Below, piece after piece: positions 12,200-25,354 of a stretch of 64,000 nucleotides of DNA. Location: positions 18,983,292-19,047,291 of the forward strand of contig OZ316898.1 in NCBI GenBank assembly GCA_973895155.1, read 5' to 3'. A program made the translations under genes and the position numbers. Source of the stretch: Marsupella aquatica. Its lineage: Eukaryota > Plantae > Marchantiophyta. The notes under the pieces were generated by a model, which was not told where the DNA came from, ran no database searches, and was given only the letters and a program-made list of their open reading frames with translations. Every line of letters begins with the position of its first letter. The first letter of the stretch is position 1.

Positions 12200-13181
12200 A
12201 GGCGTCTGGAGAGGCGAGTGCAACTTCGACAACACCAGAATATTCATCAAGGAATATTGATGACAAGTTCCTAAGCAAGAGAACAATATTGGCACCAACA
12301 AACGAGGAGTTGAAGATCAACTGTTCAATATTGGAAGGGCTCGCAAGAGATGCCCACACCTTTTTAAGTATAGTCTGCCCAGATCAATTGGAAGGACGTG
12401 ACTTTCATCCTACTGAGTTCTTGAATACGTTCACACCCAACGGTTTACCTCTGCACAAGCTGGTACTTAAGGTTGGATGTTGTGCTATTCTTTTACCTAA
12501 TGTTGACTTCACTATAGGATTATGTAATGGGACACAGTTCTAGTATGTACAATCAATAGTCATGTCATAGAGACGTAGGTTCTTGTAGCCAAACATGCAA
12601 GGAGCATAACGTTCATACCACATATTCCATTAACGTAAGATGAGGGACTTCTGTTCATGTTGTGAAGAGTCCAATTCTCCGTTCGAGTGGCATAGGCAAT
12701 GACTATTATTTAATAAGGCACGAGGTCAAACTTTTGAACATGTAATATTGCAACTTTCTAAGTTGGTTTTTCAATCACGGTCAATTGTATGTTGCTTTTT
12801 CAAGAGCAACATGTCATACAAGGATAAAAATGTTACTTCCAGATATGAAGACCAAGAAAAAAAGTTGACCAAAAGTGTTGTAGACCTCATCATGTGTACT
12901 CTCTTCAAATACAAATTTCTAAGTGACTTGGTTTCTTCTTTCACTTAACAATATTTTTTCTCTTAATGACATCTTCGTTGACACAACATCTTTCTCTTAA
13001 CGACATCTTGGGGCGACCCAACATCTTTTCTCTTAGCGACATCTTGGGAGACACGACATCTTTTCTCTTCACTACATCTTGGGCGACATTACATCTTTTC
13101 TCTTAACGACATCTTGGGCAACCCGACATCTTTTTCCTTCACAACATCTTTAATTTGTGCAATGCACGGGTATTGAGCTAG
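12200..13181 (+). mobile_element. Helitron remnant: PIF1-like helicase C-terminal pseudogene, minisatellite and 3' hairpin + CTAG end
   Basis: LAPTN...PTEFLNTFTPNGLPLHKLVLKVG...GLCNGT, then disrupted QFSVRVA*AMTI, KARGQT and HGQLYVAFSR motifs; ~37-bp acatcttttctctt...gacatcttggg units at 12955-13150; gtgcaatgcac hairpin then CTAG at 13178-13181 followed by T. The 5' end was not located. Confidence 0.9.
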
Positions 13182-13897
13182 TATATATATCACTCTAATT
13201 AAGTGAAAAAGTTTTACAATGCGTGCATATCTTAGGAATCTTCCGTGACTAATTAGTTTGTGATCTATCTAGTTTAGTCTAGCCAAATAATAAAAACGGC
13301 CCAATAGAGATGACAAATTCCAGAGGCATGCAATAAAGGGGAAAAAGACAAAGAAAATTGGGACAATTTTGCAATTGATATTCATGGATTATTATTTCAG
13401 GTGATTTATTAATTATATCTTTCAATGCATATTTAACAATATACCATGACACATTTAGGTCATATTTTTGTGATTTGAGAAAAATCTTACAATGCCTATT
13501 TAAGGAACAGTCTGAGTATTTTGATGTAAGACATTGATTTTTCAAAGTATATAATTTTTTTACCGAATGAGATCTGGGTAGATTAGTTGTGAGATTAAAT
13601 TATAATTTGAAAGGTAAAATCTTAAGTTCTTGGAGAGAACACAATAAGGCTAGGATGACCGTTCTGGAAGTGCACCTCATATATGGACAACCCCTCGCTT
13701 AGTGTATTGGAGGAACTTCTTCCTGTCTTCCCCCACCTCACCCTCTCTCCATCATAGTGGGGGTGGCTAGGTCAAAACCCTAGGCTACTTTGGTGACCTT
13801 TTGAGCCAGGGTGTCGGCAAGGGTACCCTGGCAGCCTGGCTTAGATGTTGGGCACTTACCCCTATGCCCATAGGCAACAAAAAGAGGAGCTTTACTG

Positions 13898-14058
13898 CAC
13901 TTTTTACAAATACTATTCAGTACTCACGAACATATAGATTTTATAAGGGTGGCTATCCATGAGAGTGGCCCCAGCTTGATCGCACTTTTTACAAATACAA
14001 TCAGGGTTTACTGACAGGTAGATTTATAAGAATGGCTTTCCATCAGGATAGCCCCAGG
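13898..14058 (+). repeat. ~85-bp diverged tandem duplication
   Basis: gcactttttacaaatac...tagattt(t)ataag...ggct...ccat...gccccag occurs twice. Confidence 0.7.
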
Positions 14059-14819
14059 GTCATTTAGTTTTGTTATCGCAAAGATCAAATGTGAACCGTA
14101 GATTTCATTAGAAAGGACTAGTTTGACTGTTTGACTCTATATCAGAAAAGGTCATTTAATGGGGCCATTTTTGCCTTGAGAAACTAGTCCTACCTGGCAT
14201 CTGGTGGGCCCCTTTAAATACTACATGGCAGGGTTTTTTTGTCAGCTTTTAGAGACCACGTAGTTGTGACGTTTTTCAGATGGCAACCATGGTCATTTCT
14301 GTTAGCTAGGTCCTAGGTCTTACACTGAGAGCAATGTATGTGCATTATTTTGTACCATGTTAGGTGCGGGAAGATAGTGAATGTACTTGGGGCCGTCCTC
14401 ACCTCACATCACCCTAAGTGCATTTCACTCTATAAGTGAGGGTGAACTCTTGTCCATAAATATAGGATAACCATGCAAGGTGAGGTGGGGGGGTGTTACT
14501 AAACAGCAACCATGCCAGGGGAATTGAGAATAAGTTTGAACATTCTGATGGCATGGTTTCAGACTAGAACCCCCACAGGACATTGATTTTCTACTTAATT
14601 TTTGTCTACTAAAGAAATATCCAGATAGAAATTCTAGGCACATGATTATGAGAATAGCAGCATAGGTAGAGATGGTTACCCACGTGTAACCTTGTTCCAT
14701 GCAAGATTACATGTAAAGAAACTACCCTTGAATTTTCTCAGAAGTGTTTGGGTGGTTATAGACTAGAATCCCGGCCCAGACATTACTTTTCATGCATAAT
14801 TTTTCTCCAGACAAAGGGT

Positions 14820-14950
14820 CATGAGGTAATAATAAATCTCCCACACAAGATTATGAGAATAACAGCATGCATGAGGTAATAATAATCTCCTGCACAAGAT
14901 TATGAGAATAATAGCATGCATGAGATAATACTAAATCTCCTGCACAAGAT
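14820..14950 (+). repeat. ~49-bp tandem repeat, ~2.5 copies
   Basis: catgaggtaataataa(a)tctcc(ca/tg)cacaagattatgagaataa(c/t)agcatg repeated. Confidence 0.85.
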
Positions 14951-15369
14951 TTGTGTGGGGTAGAAATGTGTGCCTGCCTGTGTCCTTTTGTTCCATACAA
15001 GATTTTAGGAGAGAGATTCATGTTGGACCCCCAAAATGAAAATCCCTTTATAGACCTCAAATCAACGGTCCTAAAATCTCATGGGGCCTCATAGGGTTAA
15101 CACTTCTCAATTCAGGGGTCCATCTGCCGTTTGTGTTGTCAATTTGAAGGTGACATATACTACAGTGAATATCTAAGTGACCTGACTCTTTAGTCAAAAT
15201 CCATATTATTATTTTTCTTAATCCAATAATGTTGTTATTATAAGGAGGCCAAAGTTGCAAGGGCTGTTGGACAGGGTGGAAAAGTTATGAGTCAACCAAA
15301 GTCATTTTTAGAGTCATAATATAGGGGTATTTTTGTCCTATTCAACGACAAAAATCTGAAATTTGTATT

Positions 15370-15898
15370 GAAGGAGATAGTTTATTATTAACCTATCCCC
15401 CAAAATACCCAATATTATTAATGCGTCCCCAAATAAAATTAATTACAAACTTGGTCCCCATTTCATATTCAGGTCAGCATTAACTAGTATACAGGCCCCA
15501 TTGTCATGTGGCAAGTGACAACTCACCATTGGCTAGCCTTAACCTGCCGCCACCCCGCCCTCCCTGTTGTACTTTCCGGAGTAAAATCCCTGCTCTATTT
15601 TCCAGAGTAAAACTTTGGGCCAAAAGTGTTGGGTTTTTGTGAGGGGAGTGTGGAGCAAAACACAACATATATTTGTCCCTCCCAAACCTGCAAGTGTGCC
15701 CTGCAACGGGGAAGGGGAAGGGGGACGGACGGGGTGGTGGAGGTTAAAACTAGCCAATAGTGAGTTGCCACATGGCATCAGGAACCTGTATACAACTTGA
15801 TACTAACCCAAATCCAAAATGGAGGAGGGGATCATAATTAATTTTGTTTTGGGGGGCATGTTAGGAATATCATGTTAGAGAATGTTAGGATATCCTTC
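15370..15898. mobile_element. Foldback/MULE-like non-autonomous element with long imperfect TIRs
   Basis: ccccaaataaaattaatta...gtatacagg...caactcaccattggctag..ttaacct...ccaccccg (15427-15557) pairs with cggggtggtggaggttaaaactagccaatagtgagttg...cctgtatac...taattaattttgttttgggg (15730-15855). No clean TSD. Confidence 0.7.
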
Positions 15899-16729
15899 AG
15901 CAGATTTCTCTATCATTATTGTTGGGTTTTCATTCCTAACACTAAATTTTAAATAGGCAAAAAAAGTCCTATTCTAGTATAGTCAGCTGCCACTAATCTT
16001 TCCAAAAATGGTGGAGATGGCATCTGGAGAAGATATCCCACTGAGCTTGTCAAGTGCACAACTCCCGGTAATCGCACATTAAAAATCAACATAAAAAATC
16101 AGCACTCAGATACCTGTTGACAACAACACTCCGGGATTGAAACAAAACTGAATTTATCATGGTATGGAGTGACATGACACACACTATAGTGTTATATCAA
16201 TTACGGGGATGCCAAAGGCACTACTGTAGTCTGTTTTTGTCATTGTGTAACACAATCAAGAGAGGAGATCCAACTGAGATTGTCTGATTGAGATTGAATG
16301 CTTCTAACAAGCATTATCTTAGTGGCAAAAATTCAGTAAATCCTACCTCACCAAAATGTTTTGGCTAACTATGGGCAAAACTTTGACTATCTTTCTGTTT
16401 TAGATTAGCAAACTCTGCACCTAACCACATAGACCACCAGCCAAGGACTGACTGTCATCCTTAAATATTAAAAGATCTGCCTGCCAATAACTAATCTAAG
16501 AAAATTAAATAAGTAATATTAGCATATCCTCCTTCAGACGAGGTGATGTCACCTTGATGTAAAAATAACCTTTAAAATTACCTTGACCCTAAACTAACAG
16601 AAGTTTATCTAAAGGGAGACCGTTCCTTACGTCAACACCTACTTAAGGCTCCCAGCCTTAATCACACCACCAGTGTCTACCAGGTTTGGGGAGGGAAAAA
16701 TAGGACACTGTTTTACTGTTTGGAGCACA

Positions 16730-17150
16730 TTCTTTGTTTATTTAAAAATAATTCTGGTGGGTTTATTTTGCTTCCGGGACAGTGGCGCTTTAAGGGATGG
16801 GTGCGTCATGACTTCCAATACATCCTGCCCGTTTGAGCTTGTGAACTTCAGTTGCTCTTCTAGCACCATGAAGTAGAACCTGCCCTTGAGCCATTGGCTG
16901 ATGGCATAATTCATCCATTTTAAATTCCTCCACGCCCTTTGGTTATTGACCCCAATATCGGTTTTACTGCTCATTCTCAACTCCTCCCACTGTTATTTTC
17001 TTGCGCGCCACACTATAGTGTAAACATCGTCCAAAGCACTTCCAACATGCCCTGATATATTCAAGTGGACCTATTATTCTGTGCAAGCAATGGTTGAATG
17101 GTACTGCAATTGGAGAAGATATGCGAGCATTATCCAAGCATCTTAGTCAA
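16730..17150 (-). mobile_element. Probable LINE (L1-like) ORF2 3' remnant
   Basis: Minus strand reads SHIFSNC (zf-RVT-like HxFxxC) then VYTIVWRAR (like the yxiWxeRN motif), ending in an A-rich tract near 16730. Confidence 0.4.
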
Positions 17151-17194
17151 TAAAGCCTCTGATTTCCGAACAAAAAATCTGAGCATCTGACTGA

Positions 17195-17260
17195 GACTAA
17201 GGGATTCGAATCGGAGACTTAGGAAGCCCCTCTTAAGGGAGCGCTAACCAATGGCAAAGT
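17195..17260 (-). mobile_element. tRNA-derived SINE-like head or tRNA pseudogene fragment
   Basis: Minus strand ttgccattggttagcgc (A-box-like), ~28-nt spacer, gattcgaatccc (B-box GTTCGAATCC with one mismatch), T6 run ~25 nt later; no full cloverleaf. Confidence 0.4.
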
Positions 17261-17688
17261 GTGTCTAAAAGCACTCAAAGGTGGGGCCCTATCTGGGATA
17301 ACGCATGTGGTGGACTCGTTTGTCGTACCTGGTAATATACTCTTTTGGTGCTTCCTATCAGCGTTTTTTGTGGAGAAAATTAGCTACTGTAGACTTCATC
17401 CCTTACCAACTCTTGGCCACCTGTACCTAAAAGTAGTCAGGTTTTCTGCCTGCCATTGACCTGTTTTCTACCCAGCAAGATACCCACCAAACTTACTAAA
17501 ATCTAACCACCATCTTTAAATCTTTAGAGATCAATGGTCAGAAAATAATTGCAAAATAATTGGAAAAAAGTGGATAAAGAATATTCCTAACATCTTCTCA
17601 GTCACACCAGGTGACATTTGCACTTACTGCTGTAGTGGTAGGCCATGGTTTTGCTATTGAAGGAATATTGGGGAAAAATGCTTATGGC

Positions 17689-17712
17689 ATATATATATAT
17701 ATATATATATAT
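17689..17712. repeat. (AT)n microsatellite
   Basis: About 12 consecutive AT units. Confidence 0.95.
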
Positions 17713-18076
17713 CACATTGGCAAAAGACAGTAGCACCATGTGGGGATACATGATCCCAAAAGGCCAAACACCCCCTAAGGGAAGTAAAAGGAAAGATCCC
17801 AATGAGACCAGAGAGGCCCAATAAACCAAGGGGAACCCCACAAAAACAAAAAAATCTACTCAGAAGAAAACAACAAACTAAAGCCCTACTGGGCGGAAAA
17901 CTGAAAAGTCTCTTAGATCTTCAGAGTAAACCCCATAGGAAGAAGTCTATTGTGATACAAATGATGGGTTTTCCAAGACCTACTTCTTACAATTTTAAGT
18001 TTTGAAATGGTAAACTTTATTCTATCAAGACAAGATTGTGCAATATGATTGACTCTGATATGACGGCCTGGATCTG

Positions 18077-18099
18077 AACCCTAAACCCTAAACCCTAAA
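18077..18099. repeat. Short interstitial telomere-type repeat (CCCTAAA)3
   Basis: aaccctaaaccctaaaccctaaa. Confidence 0.85.
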
Positions 18100-18617
18100 T
18101 CTGAACGAGTCTAGATTTGCTCCTTTTGTATGTTGCAATCTTATTGGTCCATCTTAGAGTGTGATCTGTTGTTCAAGTAAAGATACTCTTGAGATCTAGA
18201 GATGGGTTTGACTTGAATTAAAAGATGAAAGGAAAACCTTATGAGAATTTATCTTCTACCACACCTCCCCAGCTGAATACTCAACCGTAATGTTTTATTA
18301 TTACGGGAAACGTCCAAAGATGCAAGAATAAGTAGAAGATATTCTGTTTTTTTACTGCATGAATCTGCCAATTCGTTCTGTGTTGATTTAATCATGTAGG
18401 TAGCTTGTAGTACTAGGTTTTCGTCGGTCCTTTCTGCACTCTTCACTTTCAATATTTTGTGCTATTACTACTCTCTCATGAGTTAAATATCTTTGAAAGT
18501 GGTTTAGAAATTTGAAGAATCTAAGAATGTGGTTTAGAAATTTGAAGTCCCACCGACCACTCTTTTTGGCATAATGTGTATCTTGCCACTGATTTTTTAT
18601 CACAATGTCACTGTTTT

Positions 18618-18930
18618 TGTTTATGGGTAAAAATTATCCTGGGTTAGGTCCTTCACATCTAATGGCTGTGATCGCAGGCAGTCCCACAATCGGACGGCTC
18701 CAGTCTCCCTCAAGGTAACTTTGACCATCCTAGCAGGGCAGAGGCACAAGTTGTGAGTAGAGAAAGGGTGGCCCTGGACAGAGGCCATGCAGAGGAATGG
18801 AGTGTGGGACCACATGATCCACTCCTCTTAGTACCTAACTCTTAGGCCGAGTTAGAACTAAGGTGCAGCGTAACCAGGGTTAGACTAGTGGAGAGAGGGA
18901 ATATACCCTTGTACTCATATCTAGATATCA

Positions 18931-18973
<43 letters not shown>

Positions 18974-19137
18974 AGCAAGGCTATGACGTATGCATTAGAA
19001 TTGTTCATAATTATTGAATCTTTGTTGGGCTGTGGATGTAGCCAAGAAGGGATGAACCATGTATCTATGTGTCATTATCAATTTTAAGTTGCTCCCTAGT
19101 TCTATGTGATGTTGTGATGTGGGTTATTTTCTCAACA
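18618..19137 (+). mobile_element. Probable solo LTR (Copia-like) containing an (AG)n microsatellite at ~18938-18971
   Basis: TGTT...AACA ends; U5-like gtggatgtagcc...gaaccatgta motif near 19032-19063. No matching TSD or PBS seen, and the left boundary is uncertain. Confidence 0.45.
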
Positions 19138-20187
19138 CTCTTGGGCAACTGATCCAAGGGTGGTCAAAGTCACCTTGAAGGAGACCTGGGCCATTTGATC
19201 ACAAATTTGGGTGCAATGATGCCAATTAATAGATCTGGCATTTAGAGTAATGGACCATGCAATATTAAGTGAATGTATTCTAATAGAGCTCTTTGTATTA
19301 GCATGGTTTTGAGAAGTCAGGTTGGATTGTCCATCTCTGAAACAATCCACCGATTCTGACTATAGGACTATAATTGGGGGCTTTGGCTTTTCAGCTTTCA
19401 TGGTTGAGCAATGGACCCTTCATAGACAACATGCACATTTGGGAAAAAAAAAATACAAAAAAAAAAAACAGAAAACAAAAAGCTACCTTGGACTTGTCTG
19501 TAACAACAAAGGTGCTATCTTAGGTCTCTTTAGTCTAAATCAAAGATGTGGTTTTCAAATGTAGTAGGAACAAACCAACACCAATGTGTTGCATCCTATC
19601 ATGACTGTGAGGTACTCACAAAATCATGCTATGTCCCTTTATTTAAAGAGTTCAGAATGCATATTAGTGTGGCCCACACGATATAGAAGGTGCGGATTTA
19701 AACTGTAGTAGGAGTTGCATGTTAAAATGTTAACTAGTATCAGGTGTGTAACACACGAAAGCTTGAAGGAAATCTCACTTTGGGTTACATTGATGAAAGA
19801 GACAAAAGGTGTGATGAACCTTTTTACTGTCACTATGTTCAAGACAATGTCCTCCAGGAAAAAATCGCCACTGCTTTTTCAGATTAATCTCATCTTTTTT
19901 CACTCAATGTCTTCATGTATATAAAGTTCTAAAGTATAGAGTTATTTTCATTTCAGATGCTTTGGAATGTTCTGAATTATAATGTTTAGCAATCTCTAGT
20001 ATATGTGTATTAGACAGGGTGTATTCCAGGTAACCCATCAAACCAATTGTTCACCTAATTATTTTCTAGGTTATATGATGTGACCCCCACACTTCTTGTG
20101 TGCAACCAAAATAAACATATTAAACTCAACCAAGGCAAATAAGAAAGGACACTCATCTGTTAATTTTGATGTTTATGTTCACCACAG

Positions 20188-20630
20188 ATGCCATGGAATA
20201 ACCCTCACATCCAAACATAATGCCTCTATTACATATGCTTTCCAGCCTTTGCCACATATGCTATAGAATAACCTCACACACAAGCATAATGCCTGTATCA
20301 CATATGCTTTGCGCCTTCACCACATATGCTATGGAATAACCCTCACATCTAAACATTATGCCTTGCCACATATGCTATGGAATAACCCTCACATCATTAT
20401 GCCTTGCCACATATGCTATGGAATAACCCTCACATCTAAACATTATGCCTTTATCACTCACATATGCATTGCACCTGATCCCATATGCTCTGTAGGCAAA
20501 CCTAAGTTTGTAGCCCCTTGTTGAACCACACACCCAAACATTATGCCTTGCTACATATACTATATCAGTCCCGGCAACCAAAAACATTATTACAATAACC
20601 ATGACACCCTCTGTTTCCTTGGGGTGACCT
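20188..20630 (+). repeat. Minisatellite of ccacatatgctatggaataaccctcacatc(t/c)aaacattatgcct units
   Basis: At least six variable copies; the same family occurs in reverse at 38280-38440. Confidence 0.9.
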
Positions 20631-21221
20631 GATATTTGTCTTTGGACAGAATGAAGGGAGTAACAATTGTTCTCCACAGCCCGCTAGATATGCGTGTAAC
20701 CCAAGGATTTGTTAACCCACTGATAAATCTATGCGTGTAACCCAAGGAAGTTCTGGTATGACAGTACAGGGTTCCTGATCACGTGAGGTTTCCCCCACAT
20801 AAAGTATGAAAAGCTTGGACCCAAGCACAGAGCATTATTCTGGTGAGATCCTGTATGATTGAACTTTCGAAAGACAACTCAAATTCACGAGGATTGGTTG
20901 ATCTTGACTGAACATATCAAACAAGAATAGATGATCACTATTTGAATCGTACTCATATTGACTGCAGATCCATATTGGAACAAAATTTTAACACTGAAGA
21001 ACCCATCAATGCTGAAAGAGCAGGTTGCTAAGCAGAATTAAACCGGGTAGAGAATCAACTGCTGCATTTGGTTGATTTGTGCACACGCGTGAAGGCCATC
21101 CAAATCAAAGACCAACTGCGGAGCCTGCTCGTAAGCCTAAGTGGGATGCCGAGCCTGAACTACATTAACAGCTCATCACAGGTTGACACAGTTGAGCAGG
21201 CTGCTAAAGCCAGAAACAAAA

Positions 21222-24200
21222 TTACTGCTGCTGTAATTCGAAAAGTGCTTGCTGAACATTTCGTGAAATGCGGTCATGAATAAGCTCCTGAATACATCCA
21301 TGAGAGAAATGGCATGTGAGTACTAATTTTTTTACCTGCTTGCAGATAGATGATCGTTACGCCCCATACTTCAACAGTTTCTGTGTACAGTATCAGATAT
21401 CTGTGTCACTCACCTTTCTGCTAGGGAGTTTGATCCGACTCCCCGTGATAGTCTCAAACAGCAGAATGTATCTGCATACCAACAAAGCTTAGGTTTCAGG
21501 TGATGAGCAAATGATATTCTGAACTTTATTGAGAAAGCTAAGATACGAGAGGCTCACACTTTTCGTACTGTTGGAGGACATGAGTACTTAGTTATGAGAT
21601 TTGCACAACGCTAACGGTAGGACATGGAAACACAACCAACTGCACACCTCCATGAAAGCTCCGAGACAAGCTCCACTGGGGCATCCGGTAGAACCTGCCA
21701 AAATAGTACCACATTATGGCATTCAGTTTCTCTAAAAAGGTCAATGCCACTGTCAAAAGCGTAATTTGGATGGGCATGACTCATACCTCATCTGCATAAG
21801 GATTGCAATTGCTCTTGAACCAAAGCCGCAAGAACTCCTGCACAGAAGCAGCAATTATTGTGGGTCACTTTTCAGAACACTCAGGGTCGGTAGAGGCACA
21901 TCCGCAAAAAACAGTTCCCTAATGAAGACCATTTCGATTTAACTAGAGTGTAATACAAACCTTATCTACGTTTTCAGGTTCCAATCCTGCTTTCTGCCGA
22001 TCTTCATATGATGCAGCAATCCAGTACCGGCTGGAATCAGGAGTGTGTACCTGCAAAGCAATTAAATAACCTGGAAATTGAGTTGACTCCTTACATTTTA
22101 AAAGCCCAACAAACAGCAGGCAGGCCAATTGGGTTAAACAAACCTGGACAAGTAAATTTGAAATAAACGTCTGAGAGTATCAGTGTACATCGTCGAAATG
22201 AACTACAGAGAAAACTAACTCCTACAAGAACGTGATCTTATCTGTCGACTATGTCTACCCAAGCCTCCTCAAACATACTTTAAGACTTTGTTTAAACATG
22301 TTTTACCCAAGCCTCCCTCAAACACACTAGAAAGAGGGCACAGCACTATAGCTCGTCCAGAATTTCTTGGCACACTCTTTCAGACCACTCCCAACATTGA
22401 ACGCTGTTCTTGTGCCAAACTTCCTACTTTTTGTCCACATTCCCATTTGCAGCATGTAAAGTTTCAATTTTTTTCACAATTACTAAGGAGTTAGTTCCAT
22501 ATCTAGTTCATGTCTTGCATATTTTGAGAGAACAGGATTGATAGTCTTCTCTTATTCCTAAAAGCCCTGAAAATGCCTAGAAACAATGACAACACTTTTG
22601 AGCATACCTCGTCCACCAAGACGATTGAACCATCAGCTGTTTTTCCAAACTCATATTTAGTGTCTACTAAAAGAAGACCGTGTTTTTTCACCTCTTCCTG
22701 CCCTTTTCACAAGAAAGTCCAGAAATTAGGACGAATATACCTTTCTTATCCAAAGCTATTCATGGTAAAACGAGGCGGTGACCTACAAACCGTGGGATCT
22801 CTGGAAAGAATGTGGGCTTGCACAAGACGCGTAGACTGGGGGTGTTTGCAACTTCAATGACGTTTGCATACATACACAACGGCCGAATTCAGAGTCATCA
22901 TCAACGGGCTGTACATCCACCGAAAATTTCCACTCATTCATGCACTCTCGAAATCTAAGCTGGTGTAAGCGCTTTCACCCTAGAAATACCAGGCGTGAAC
23001 AACCAGACATTGGAGACGCTTATGCTACCTGTCCAAATGAAAAAAGTGCAAGGGCCCTGCTTGCAACTTCTTCAAAATCTTCCTTAGACATCAGTCCTTG
23101 CTCCACAATCTACACCAATGTAGTGTAATCATTTCAGTAAAGGATATGACGAATACTGAAGATGTGAGTAAGAACTTGAAAACATGAGAACAAAACAGCA
23201 TCTCTGCGAGTAATCCCAACACACTGAGAAGTGGCTTATATAAAAACCTAATCTTCAACTTCAAGGTTAACAAACTTCAAAAGTTAATAAACTTCAGACA
23301 CCACACCTCTTGCCCAGAAATAGGAACATCGTGATCTGCAGCTTTGGTGGTAGGAGTGATAATGTTCTCATCTAAACGCTGATTCTTCACGAAGCCTGTA
23401 TACAGGCTGAAGTTATCACCGAAGCATTTGTTCAAAATGAACCCCAACATTTGTAAAAGAACAGACAGGCGAAGAACCATCAGTTTAAGACTGTTTCCCA
23501 GTCCAGATTGTGGATAAAAGCTGTCGTTGGCAGTTCTCTGTCGCAGGCCATATTTCCACCTATATATCAAAGAATGCGTACAGTAAAGCACCTTGAAGTT
23601 CGTGTTTAAAGACCCTTGCCTATTAGTGCGTGATGACTGAAAGATGAGGTAGGGAAGTTTACCGTCAGGAAGTACATTGCCACAATAATTCCGCACCCCT
23701 CTGTCATAGACTGTCCAAAGCGACGTGCTCGTACTACCTGTCACAAAACCCCTCACTGCCCTGCAATCCTCTCAGTAACCGGCTCCGTAGGCACTCCTCA
23801 CGAAGAACTGTGAGTGAAGGCTATTATAGCCACTTGGGCATTGGTTGAGATGTCTATAACCCATGTAAAGAATGAGACAGCCTTAGATCTCATGTCACTA
23901 GTTTCGACGAAGAACACTCACCTACAAACTCCACAGGGAACACGGAACACTTGCGGGCAATTGTAACATTGGGGTCAGGTATGGCCGCAACAGCATTTGC
24001 CGTAATATGCCTTGTCCTATCAAACCACCAACCGCTGGTCTCGTTCAAGACCTGCACCAAGACACGTGGTCTCAGACTCACAGTCAGAAGCTTCATGGTA
24101 GACATTTCTAGTTTCTGTCTAGCGAGTACAGTACCCGCTCTCTAGGACTCTCGGTAGTCATTCGTTCGTTGTCAACCCAACTGTGTACCCATGGATATTA

Positions 24201-25221
24201 AACTAAGTTATCCTACCTTAATGTTCGTAATTCTGCAGGCGACCCAACAAAGTATCCCAGCAATAGTAATTTTAATTAAAAGGCATCTTAAAGATTGTAA
24301 AGACTACTAATCCCCATGAAACTCCCCTCTCTTGGATAGACATGGATGTCAATTTGCTGCAGAGACTTAAAGCAAGACCCTAACAATAAAGGAGCCACGA
24401 GTCGTCCCAGTGTCTCACAATTTTAAGGCCCACATGCCAGCGCTAGTTACCTGTCCTTTGAAAGGCACAGAGGCCAGCACTCTGTCGAACGCACTCTGTC
24501 GATCAGTTGTAACGAGGACCACATGTTCACCAGCGTCGTACATGTCCCTAACCTGCACATTGCAATCGTTCAAAATAATTGAGGGGCCTCGCAGTTCCAC
24601 ATTGTCCCCGCTTGTTATTAGTGCATCTCCCTTTTGAATACCTTGGTCTGCTTGTTCTACTATCTCTCATCAACATCATAAACCCTAAACCCTATCACAC
24701 AACGAAAAAAGTCCAGGAAACCGTTCAGGAAAGCAGAAAATCATCAACGAAGGTTAGCGGTGGTGCACAATTTGAACATCATATCGCCCTTCATTGAACT
24801 AAAAGCAAAGTGAAAAATTCTACACGTTGTCAAAATTTCAGAAGGAAGGAGTGCTCACTTTGCCCCGCATTCTGGGTCCAAGGCCCTTCAAAGTCTCGTC
24901 TAGATGAGTTTCAGTGAGGCAGTTGGCAAGCGACAGTGCAATTGCATCAGAAACCTCCCCACGTCGGGACTCGAGCTGCACTTGTGGGAGGGCAGCAGAC
25001 GCTCTCACTGCCCAATTCATCTTTCTTCGCAAAGGATGAGTGACAGACAAAACCAGCCCCCTTCGAAGAAAATTTCCACCACCTCCTGTATCCTTGTCCA
25101 ACAATCCTCCTTTGGCCTTCGATACAATTCTGTTGGTTGATTCTGTTACCACCTCACCGGAATTAGCGGCCCCTCCCACGAGACAATTCTTCCACAATTC
25201 TGTAGCAGTAACAGCAGCCAT
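21222..25221 (-). CDS. PUR7: Phosphoribosylaminoimidazole-succinocarboxamide (SAICAR) synthetase, ~419 aa with an N-terminal transit-peptide-like extension
   Basis: Exons 25221-24859, 24552-24451, 24051-23922, 23755-23663, 23395-23307, 23109-23029, 22697-22608, 22050-21961, 21837-21787, 21694-21648, 21471-21414, 21287-21222; all GT-AG and phase-consistent (1260 nt). Motifs GKVRDMY, TTDRQSAFD, VDTKYEFG, DEVHTPDSSRYW, DKEFLRLW. Confidence 0.96.
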
Positions 25222-25354
25222 AGCTGGAGTTGCTCAAGTCCTTCTTCGCCTAAGAGAACGTCTCATGAATACTCAGGAAGAGGTATGCTGAGCTCAATGG
25301 CCTCTGTCTATTGTTGTTGAAGACTAGACTAATACAACTGATCGATTGAATCAA

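Noticed and set aside
18077-18099. Evidence of a chromosome end or fusion point
   Set aside because: Only three units; similar telo-box words occur at ~24681 and ~50943 in introns and are common in plants.
10330-20630. Tandem arrays (10330-10520, 12955-13150, 20188-20630) as CRISPR-like arrays
   Set aside because: No unique spacers, no cas genes, eukaryotic context; they are minisatellites.
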